IMG/VR virus record: IMGVR_UViG_3300037045_000233
Coordinates: 1-26,355 of that record
From: a virus
Taxonomy: Duplodnaviria > Caudoviricetes
Strand: one strand, 5' to 3'
DNA: 26,355 bases
Numbering within the stretch: the first letter of the stretch is position 1; each line of letters opens with the position of its first letter. Shown piece by piece: positions 8,433 through 16,170 of this stretch. The translations under genes and the position numbers were made by a program. Under the pieces are notes generated by a model that had not been told where the DNA came from, did not search any database, and worked only from the letters and a program-made list of their open reading frames with translations.

Positions 8433-10766
8433 ATGTTGGATTTTGGTAACCTAAGTGCGTATGAATTTGAAGATTTGGCAAAAGATGTTCTATCGAAATA
8501 TTTGAGAAATATTGAGCTTAGAGTATATAAAATGGGTCCTGATGGAGGTTTCGATATTGCCGATGTTAGAACTCAAAAAAATATAATGGCACAGGCAAAG
8601 CGTTACGTGGCATCAAGTTATAGTAAATTAAGAAGCCAACTTGAGAAAGAAGTACCTAGAGTAAAACTGATTAATCCCAAACAGTATTTTGTTTTAACAT
8701 CCTTAGAACTATCTAAAAACGAAATTGATGAAATCTATGGTATGTTTTCTAATAACATGAAGTCAATGGAAAATATATGGGATAAAATCAGAATTGATAA
8801 TTTCCTAAAAGAAAGTGAAAACATAGATATTTTGCATAGACACCATAAGTTGTGGTTTTCTACTGAATTAATTATGAGGAAGATATTTACTCAAAATCTT
8901 GAATTGGATACTAGGGCATATATAAATGAAATACAAAAGAATAAAAGATATTTTGTAGAAACAAAAAGTTATTATCAACTTATTAACCAGCTTTTTGCGA
9001 ATAATATAGTCCTGATTACTGGCAACCCAGGAGTTGGAAAAACTTTTATTTCTAAAATGGCTCTATTGTATTTTGTTGCTAATGACTATAGACCGATTTT
9101 TTCGAGCAAAAATAGTATTGATGATATCAAAAAAAGTATTAGTTTAGATCCATCATCGAAGCAGGTAATCCTTATGGATGATTTTCTTGGCCAAATTGAC
9201 TTGGATCAGTCAGGTAAACAATACACAAATGAATTTATATCGTTAATTAATTTCGTTGAAAAATTACAAAACACGAGACTGATTTTAAATACTCGAGTGA
9301 ATATATTATCGATAATGAATTCTAAAAACAACAAATTCGAAGAAAGGATTGGGGAATCCGATATAAAGATTTTACAAATCAATGATCTATCAATGCTTGA
9401 AAAAGCAAAAATCGTGTATAGTTCTTTATATTACTTTAATGTTGATAGACAATATCTCGAAGATGTCTGTAATAATTACATGTACTTGAGGATTGTCAAC
9501 CATCCCAATTTTAACCCGCGTTTGATTGAACACATGGTTAAACCAAAAACTCTATCTCGTATTAAACCAAGCGATTATTTAGCTGAAATTCTTTATATCC
9601 TTAATCACCCGAGTAAAATATGGAGTGATGAATTTGAGAGTCAAATTAGTAAAGAAGATAGGTCCTTTATGTATATTTTGTTCTCTTTAGGGAGTGGGAA
9701 ATCATATATGACTTATCTAAAAGAAGCATACGAATCCTACTTACTTAATGATGCGACTATAGATAATACCATCGATCATTTTAGAAATAGTGTTACACAT
9801 TTAAGTGAGGGACTTATAAAAATATCATCAGTAGATAATCTTCAAGGGAACAAATATTTTGAAGTGCTTAATCCATCTGTTAATGATTATCTAAAGGATA
9901 ACATTCCATTTGTAGAAAGAGAAAAGATTTTATCGAGTGGAGTATTTATTGACCAATTTGATAGGTTAGTCACTGATTTTAGAAATAGCTCACATTTAGA
10001 GAACTTAATTATATCCAAAAAAATTTCCGTGTTAAAGTACATCAGACACCATCCATATTCATTTGCATTAGAATATGTGGTTCATAACAAGAAATTCAGT
10101 TTACTTACTAGCGCTGAGGTGATCAAGATGTTATCACACAGGTTTTACTCAACTAGTTTTGAAAAATATGACTATTATGATATTTTGTCTTGTTTTATAA
10201 GTGACGAAAATTTATCATTTTATGGATATTTTCCATCGATCATCGAAATAAAATTTTTAAATTCTGTACTATTAAATTTAAAATATGATGAGGCTATTGG
10301 TTTTTTGCAAAGACTGAATACAATTTCGAACAATATGTTTGAGAGCTTTTTTTCAGAAGCTCTATATGAGGATATAAAAATAAAGTATCTTGTTGAAATA
10401 GTGGAAAAAATTAATCAAGAGGATATATTAGATTATCAAACGTTTGTTGAAAATAACATTAATGAAGAAGGTGTTAATGAAGAGGACATCTACAATGAAG
10501 TCATATCACAATATGAAAGCGATATTTCAAAACGAATGAAACTTGAACCCATAAAGATAAAGACAGATATACTTTCAGAGGATATAGAATCAGCTATACA
10601 GTCAATAGATCCCGAAATACGTGATTCAATTCAGATGGCAGTGAAAACCTTTTATGATGATGCACAGACTCAAGATTTTGATTATGATGATATGATTGCA
10701 AAAGATGAGCAGAAAGATATTGCGACCGAAATTGAAAGTATGTTTACCTCCTTGTTGGCAGAATAA
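8433..10766 (+). CDS. Mrr-like restriction endonuclease fused to an nSTAND3-type NTPase (candidate anti-phage protein)
   Basis: N-terminal EFEDL..D, GPDGGFD and QAKRY (Mrr-type PD-(D/E)xK). Walker A GNPGVGKT, Walker B ILMDDFLG, ILNTR sensor, NFNPRLIE. Acidic C-terminus. GGGAGG RBS. Confidence 0.8.
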   Translation: MLDFGNLSAYEFEDLAKDVLSKYLRNIELRVYKMGPDGGFDIADVRTQKNIMAQAKRYVASSYSKLRSQLEKEVPRVKLINPKQYFVLTSLELSKNEIDEIYGMFSNNMKSMENIWDKIRIDNFLKESENIDILHRHHKLWFSTELIMRKIFTQNLELDTRAYINEIQKNKRYFVETKSYYQLINQLFANNIVLITGNPGVGKTFISKMALLYFVANDYRPIFSSKNSIDDIKKSISLDPSSKQVILMDDFLGQIDLDQSGKQYTNEFISLINFVEKLQNTRLILNTRVNILSIMNSKNNKFEERIGESDIKILQINDLSMLEKAKIVYSSLYYFNVDRQYLEDVCNNYMYLRIVNHPNFNPRLIEHMVKPKTLSRIKPSDYLAEILYILNHPSKIWSDEFESQISKEDRSFMYILFSLGSGKSYMTYLKEAYESYLLNDATIDNTIDHFRNSVTHLSEGLIKISSVDNLQGNKYFEVLNPSVNDYLKDNIPFVEREKILSSGVFIDQFDRLVTDFRNSSHLENLIISKKISVLKYIRHHPYSFALEYVVHNKKFSLLTSAEVIKMLSHRFYSTSFEKYDYYDILSCFISDENLSFYGYFPSIIEIKFLNSVLLNLKYDEAIGFLQRLNTISNNMFESFFSEALYEDIKIKYLVEIVEKINQEDILDYQTFVENNINEEGVNEEDIYNEVISQYESDISKRMKLEPIKIKTDILSEDIESAIQSIDPEIRDSIQMAVKTFYDDAQTQDFDYDDMIAKDEQKDIATEIESMFTSLLAE

Positions 10767-10773
10767 ATTACTT

Positions 10774-10801
10774 ATTACCGATAATCTATGTTAGCGGATG
10801 T
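10774..10801. other. dif-like 11-6-11 site (site 2)
   Basis: ATTACCGATAA-TCTATG-TTAGCGGATGT; shares TTACCGATAAT-N4-GTTA-N-CGG with site 1; begins 8 bp after the nSTAND3 stop. Confidence 0.5.
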
Positions 10802-10880
10802 ATGAAGCATATCATCACTGATAACGAGACTATTTATACCATTCAAAATAAACCAATTACATATCAATTGATTTTTGTGT

Positions 10881-10929
10881 AAACGTCGCCACTGGTTGTC
10901 TATCTTTAAAAAGGAGTCAAATATATAAT
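10881..10929 (+). promoter_or_regulatory. Putative promoter with shared 18-bp motif (copy 2)
   Basis: AAACGTCGCCACTGGTTG (10881-10898), then 25 nt, then TATAAT (10924-10929), upstream of the TerS-like gene. Confidence 0.45.
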
Positions 10930-10981
10930 TAAGAGGTGAGCAAAGGGTGAGCGACTTACCCCCTCTAAAGGAGCAACCATT

Positions 10982-11479
10982 TTGGCAAGGGTTTTAGATT
11001 CGTTTGAACGCTGGGAAAATCAAGGGACACTTAAAGAAAAGTTAAGAACGATTGAAGATCTAGTTTCTAAGAATGTCATCCAAGAGAAGATTGCTACTGT
11101 TTTAGGTATATCAGAAAAGACATTACAAAAACTTAAAAACAAGCATGTAGAATTTGCTAGAGCATTTGCAAAAGGCGAACTCGATATGAAGGATAATCTC
11201 ATAGGAGCTATCTATAAGAAGGCTATGGGTTTTGAGCACGAGGAGATTCAAACACTAATTGAAGATCAGAATGGTCGTTCTAAGAAGAAGATAGTAAAGA
11301 CAAAGAAATATTATCCACCAGATTTAAATAGTGCCAAGTATTTATTGGTAGTTAGGTTTGGTAGATCATTCAATGATAGAAAAGATGAGCTCGATCTTAT
11401 GGAACGCAGACTAGATGAAAAACAGGATGAATGGGTTCTTGATCCCGAGGTAGGAAAAGAGGTAGAATCAGATGATTGA
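10982..11479 (+). CDS. Phage terminase small subunit-like HTH protein
   Basis: N-terminal HTH (IATVLGISEKTL..LKNKHVEF), then AIYKKAMGFEHEE and KKYYPPDLNSAKYLL, the pattern of TerS-like proteins of Bacillota phages. TTG start after AAGGAG. Confidence 0.65.
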   Translation: MARVLDSFERWENQGTLKEKLRTIEDLVSKNVIQEKIATVLGISEKTLQKLKNKHVEFARAFAKGELDMKDNLIGAIYKKAMGFEHEEIQTLIEDQNGRSKKKIVKTKKYYPPDLNSAKYLLVVRFGRSFNDRKDELDLMERRLDEKQDEWVLDPEVGKEVESDD

Positions 11480-11840
11480 TATAGATAACTTAATGAATGG
11501 AAACTTTCCTACGTACTACAAAGCCTTATTAATATCTGATTATGCGGATGAAACAACCAATGGCAAACTGATCGGTAGATTAAAAGAAGATTTCAAAAGC
11601 TTGAAAAATCATGAACTAATCTATATTACCTATCGAAAAGAACTGTTCAATTTCATAGTAAATGTTTTTAAATTTGATGATCATCATGTCGAGTTAACAC
11701 CAATTGAATCGAGAACCTTCAAAGATATTAACTGTGTTACCAACTATGTTAGAAGTATTCAGACTCATATGAGTAAGGAAGTTTATATTCATGAAACTCA
11801 CCCTAAAGAGATGCCAGAAGTGTTCGATAATAATATTTAA
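11472..11840 (+). CDS. Hypothetical protein coupled to the TerS-like gene
   Basis: 122-aa ORF overlapping the upstream stop, GAGG RBS; no family recognised. Confidence 0.6.
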   Translation: MIDIDNLMNGNFPTYYKALLISDYADETTNGKLIGRLKEDFKSLKNHELIYITYRKELFNFIVNVFKFDDHHVELTPIESRTFKDINCVTNYVRSIQTHMSKEVYIHETHPKEMPEVFDNNI

Positions 11841-11867
11841 CAGTCTAAATCCACACAAGATAAAAAC

Positions 11868-11908
11868 AACGCCACATTAAGGTTAAATAGCCTTTCTGTG
11901 GCGTTTTT
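11868..11908 (+). terminator. Rho-independent terminator
   Basis: AACGCCACA..AAGG-loop-CCTT..TGTGGCGTT followed by TTT. Confidence 0.65.
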
Positions 11909-11997
11909 ATTGTAGTTTTGAGTATTGATTGCCATCTTTATAAATACTCGACACAAACCAATATTTATGAAAATAATTATATTAATATTATTTTCTA

Positions 11998-12095
11998 CCC
12001 CCCCCATAGACTCAAAATCCTCATTGCTGGGTACCGTACGAGGGGACGTTTAAAATGCGTGGAACCAGATTTTTCAAAATCCAAAAATGGATTTT
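11998..12095. other. Putative cos/packaging-site-like motif
   Basis: GC-rich patch in AT-rich DNA: C8 run, overlapping palindromes GGTACC/CGTACG, GGGG, and IR AAAATCCA-AAAA-TGGATTTT, lying downstream of the TerS-like operon. Confidence 0.4.
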
Positions 12096-12163
12096 ACTAA
12101 ACATATTAATTAGTAAACAAATCAGGGAATATCTTACTTAATATAGGAAAATTAATCTGAAAA

Positions 12164-12172
12164 TGTTATAAT
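12164..12172 (+). promoter_or_regulatory. Extended -10 promoter of the R-M/defence operon
   Basis: TGTTATAAT (TGn-TATAAT) 33 nt upstream of the helicase start. Confidence 0.55.
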
Positions 12173-12205
12173 CTAGTAAACAAGTGTTTAATAGGCGGTG
12201 GTGGG

Positions 12206-15200
12206 ATGTCGATTGTACTTGATACAAATAAGCGAGGTTCAGTAGGCGAGTACTTAAAAGAACATACGTCAAAAAAAGCAAAGATCGATATATCGTCATC
12301 TTTTTTTACGATTTATGCATACGATGAACTCAAAAAAACACTAGACGAATCTGACAGGATTCGGTTCCTTTTTAATGAACCGACATTTATAAAACGTTTG
12401 GAGACTAATCAAAAAGAGGTTAAAGAATTTCAACTACAAATGACTCAAAGAGAAAAAAACGTCTCTGAGTTCCCACTTGAAATTGGATTGAAGAACAATT
12501 TAGATCAAAATCAAGTTGCAAGTAAATGTTATCAATTCATTCAGAGTAAAGCTGAAGTTAAATCAGTTATCAGTTCTGGTATAATTGCTTCAAGTAATAT
12601 TAGCGTTAAAAACCCACAAGGCAAAGAATATTTAATCTCAGGTAATGGCATTAACTTTTCTCTCGATGGACTAGGTTACTCCGACAGAAAAAGATGGGAT
12701 TTTAATACCGTATTAACTGAGAAGAATATCATAGAGGACTATGATACGTTTTATAACTCTATATGGAATAACCCAAGTCTTGTCGTTGATGTTAAATATA
12801 AGCTTCTTGAACATATTTCAAATCTATATAAAGAAAATTCACCAGAATTGGTGTATTTTGTTACGCTTTATCATCTGTTCAATGAGAAACTGGTCAATAT
12901 GGATGATATGGCCAAAATCAAGGAAAGAACAGGTATTCATAATACCAAAGTATGGCAAATGCTATATAACTTTCAACAAGATGCTGTAGTCGGTGCAATC
13001 AAGAAGCTGGAACTGTATAATGGATGCATCATTGCTGATTCAGTAGGGTTAGGAAAAACATTTGAAGCCTTAGCCGTCATGAAATACTACGAGCTTAGAA
13101 ATGCAAGAGTATTGGTGTTAGCACCAAAGAAACTTCGTGGAAATTGGATCGGGTTTAAACAAAACACAAAATTAAATCCACTGGTTGATGATCGATTCAA
13201 CTATGATGTTTTAAATCATACGGACTTGTCTAGAGAAAACGGATATTCTGGAGACATTGATTTAAACAAAGTGAATTGGGGTAATTATGACTTGGTTGTC
13301 ATCGATGAATCCCATAATTTTAGAAATAACCCAGCACTTAAGGGTAAAAAAACAAGATATCAAAAATTGATGGAAGAGATTATTAAAAGCGGTGTTAAAA
13401 CAAAAGTACTAATGCTTTCAGCCACACCAGTCAATAATCGACTTGCAGATTTAAAGAACCAAATCATGTTTATCACCGAAGATAGAGATGATGCATTTAA
13501 AGACAACTTAAACATTGATAGTATTGAAAACACACTTAGGGTTGCCCAATATCGATTTAGTGAATGGTCGAAGCTTCCAAAAGATGATCAAACAACAGAA
13601 ACATTGTTACCGATGTTGGACTATGGCTTCTTTAATTTACTAAACACAGTCACCATTGCACGAAGTAGAAAGCATATTCAAAAGTACTACGATACTAAAG
13701 ACATTGGTGATTTTCCAAATAGATTAAAGCCATTATCAATAAAGACAGAAATTGATCAGAATCATAAGTTTCCAGAATTAAATGAAGTCAACGGATTAAT
13801 TTCCAAATTAAACCTGCCAATTTACTCACCACTATTATATGTTATGCCATCTAAGATGGATGAGTATGAAAAACTCTATGAACAAGTTGTTAAAGGTGGG
13901 CAAGGTAGTTTTAAACAATCAGACCGCGAACGAAATCTAGTCAATTTGATGCGCGTTAATATCTTGAAACGTCTTGAAAGCAGTGTACATTCTTTTAAAC
14001 TGACTATTGAGCGTATTAAGGATAAGATGGATTCAATGTTATCAAAAATAGAAGTTGGTTTAGATTATCAAGTTGATATTGATGATGAAATCGATGATCT
14101 CGAATTAGGAACTAAAGTTAAAGTTAAACTTAAAGACTTAGATATTATTAGATTGAAAGCTGATTTAGAAGAAGATAAAGTTGCCTTGGAATACTTACTT
14201 CAGGTTTCATCAAAGGTAAAAGTAGATGATGATGCAAAGCTTCTAAAGCTTAAAGAGCAAATCACTGATAAAATCAAGCACCCTTTGAACTCTGGTAATA
14301 AGAAAGTCATTGTATTTACTGCATTTGCTGATACAGCCGTCTACTTATATGATAATTTATCAAACTGGTTATTAAATGAGTTTGGAATCTATTCAGGCAT
14401 TGTAACAGGCTCACAAGCTACGAAGACAAACGTTCCAAAAGCAAGAAATGATTTTGAAGAAATTCTTGCACATTTTTCACCGAAATCAAATAAAACCGCA
14501 GTGAAACAAGAGATAGATATCTTGATTGCTACTGATTGTATTTCGGAAGGACAAAACCTTCAAGATTGTGATTACTTGGTTAACTATGACATTCATTGGA
14601 ATCCAGTGAGAATCATTCAGCGTTTTGGACGTATTGATCGAATTGGGTCTGAAAATAAAGATATACAACTTGTCAATTTCTGGCCAAATCTTGAACTGGA
14701 TGAATATATCAATCTTGAATCACGTGTAAGAAATCGCATGATGATGGTCGACTTATCAGCAACCGGCGAAGATGATTTACTAAATCCTGAGAGTAAGAAC
14801 TTGAAGTATCGTAAAGACCAACTAAAACAACTTCAGGATGAAGTGGTTGATCTAGAGGACTTATCTGGTGGTATATCAATCACAGATTTGACACTAGATG
14901 ATTTTATGATGTCCTTAGATAAGTATCTTAAAGCTCATCCTGGATTGTTAGAGTCATATCCTACAGGTATATACGGTGTAACAAACATTAATGATAAACT
15001 TAGAGATGATGCACATCCTGGAGTTATTTTTTGCTTAAAACAAAAGAACTTCAATGAAGCAGATAAAGGTCAAAACTCTTTATATCCATACCATTTAGTT
15101 TACGTCAAAAATGATGGTAGCATTTTAGTTAAAAATACTAATCCCAAAAAAATCCTCGATATCTATAAAGCGATTTGTATTGGGAAAGATGAGATTATTA

Positions 15201-15415
15201 AAGATCTAGTGAATGAGTTTAACACTGAAACAAGAAATGGTAACAAGATGGAGAAATATACTTCATTACTGGAAAAAGCAATTTTTGATATTAAAGGATA
15301 TATTGAAGAAAAAGGTATCAAGTCACTATTTAGACTTGGTAAATCAACGATCCTCGATAATAAGGTAACTGGGTTAAATGATTTCGAACTAGTAACATTC
15401 TTGGTGATCAAATGA
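12206..15415 (+). CDS. SNF2-family helicase with a PLD-like N-terminal domain (type III R-M-associated)
   Basis: Walker A ADSVGLGKT, DESHN, motif III SATP, EGQNLQ, WNP..IIQRFGRIDRIG. Confidence 0.88.
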   Translation: MSIVLDTNKRGSVGEYLKEHTSKKAKIDISSSFFTIYAYDELKKTLDESDRIRFLFNEPTFIKRLETNQKEVKEFQLQMTQREKNVSEFPLEIGLKNNLDQNQVASKCYQFIQSKAEVKSVISSGIIASSNISVKNPQGKEYLISGNGINFSLDGLGYSDRKRWDFNTVLTEKNIIEDYDTFYNSIWNNPSLVVDVKYKLLEHISNLYKENSPELVYFVTLYHLFNEKLVNMDDMAKIKERTGIHNTKVWQMLYNFQQDAVVGAIKKLELYNGCIIADSVGLGKTFEALAVMKYYELRNARVLVLAPKKLRGNWIGFKQNTKLNPLVDDRFNYDVLNHTDLSRENGYSGDIDLNKVNWGNYDLVVIDESHNFRNNPALKGKKTRYQKLMEEIIKSGVKTKVLMLSATPVNNRLADLKNQIMFITEDRDDAFKDNLNIDSIENTLRVAQYRFSEWSKLPKDDQTTETLLPMLDYGFFNLLNTVTIARSRKHIQKYYDTKDIGDFPNRLKPLSIKTEIDQNHKFPELNEVNGLISKLNLPIYSPLLYVMPSKMDEYEKLYEQVVKGGQGSFKQSDRERNLVNLMRVNILKRLESSVHSFKLTIERIKDKMDSMLSKIEVGLDYQVDIDDEIDDLELGTKVKVKLKDLDIIRLKADLEEDKVALEYLLQVSSKVKVDDDAKLLKLKEQITDKIKHPLNSGNKKVIVFTAFADTAVYLYDNLSNWLLNEFGIYSGIVTGSQATKTNVPKARNDFEEILAHFSPKSNKTAVKQEIDILIATDCISEGQNLQDCDYLVNYDIHWNPVRIIQRFGRIDRIGSENKDIQLVNFWPNLELDEYINLESRVRNRMMMVDLSATGEDDLLNPESKNLKYRKDQLKQLQDEVVDLEDLSGGISITDLTLDDFMMSLDKYLKAHPGLLESYPTGIYGVTNINDKLRDDAHPGVIFCLKQKNFNEADKGQNSLYPYHLVYVKNDGSILVKNTNPKKILDIYKAICIGKDEIIKDLVNEFNTETRNGNKMEKYTSLLEKAIFDIKGYIEEKGIKSLFRLGKSTILDNKVTGLNDFELVTFLVIK

Positions 15416-16170
15416 ACGATATTCTAGAGAATTTTCACATTCCAAAATCAGGAAAAACAAAACAACGGATATCAGTAAAAGAGATTATTGATCAACTTAA
15501 TCCAACAGCTCAAGATAAAAAAGTTTTGAATTTGGAAGTAAACTCAATTTATCTTGAAGGCGTATTAGATGCACAAACACTAAGAATACCATCTTATGTA
15601 AGTGATGAGCATTTATATGAAGCCATATATGTTCTTCAGGTCTCACTTAAGACAGATCAACATTTTTCGCTAATAAATGAGAAACTGCATGCAGCATTTC
15701 CAAATCCACTTATAATCGTTTATTTTATAGCTGATATATTAAGAGTATCGCTTGCACCAAAACGAATTAATAAATTGACAAAGGATAAGTCGGTTATTGA
15801 ATCAGTCTATTCTACAAGTGCTTTTGTGATAGATGAAAAGCATCTCGATTTCTTGGGTTTGCTTAATGTCTCTAATGTCAAGGCGTTAAATCTAAAGGAA
15901 TTTTATGACAAACTGACAGACACTGTTTATTCAGAAAGATTAATCGAATTGATTGGGTTATTTCCAAGACAAATACCAAATACAATGAATTTGAAGCAAT
16001 GCATAAAGAAGATTGAGGATGAAACAAGTAATTTAAATGAATTAAATAGTAACTATAAACAAGCAACAATGATGTCTGAGAAGATGGATTATCACATGAA
16101 GATTATGAATAAAGAGCATGAAATTGACAGATTCATTTCGGATTTGAAGGAGGAACTGATTAATGAATAA
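15412..16170 (+). CDS. DUF4391-family protein
   Basis: Sits between the SNF2 helicase and Mod; LHAAFPNPL and LAPKRINK motifs; C-terminal coiled coil; overlaps both neighbours. Confidence 0.75.
   Translation: MNDILENFHIPKSGKTKQRISVKEIIDQLNPTAQDKKVLNLEVNSIYLEGVLDAQTLRIPSYVSDEHLYEAIYVLQVSLKTDQHFSLINEKLHAAFPNPLIIVYFIADILRVSLAPKRINKLTKDKSVIESVYSTSAFVIDEKHLDFLGLLNVSNVKALNLKEFYDKLTDTVYSERLIELIGLFPRQIPNTMNLKQCIKKIEDETSNLNELNSNYKQATMMSEKMDYHMKIMNKEHEIDRFISDLKEELINE

Noticed and set aside
11918-12100. 60-aa ORF over the cos-like motif
   Set aside because: TTG start with no RBS, immediately after a terminator; better explained as non-coding cis sequence.
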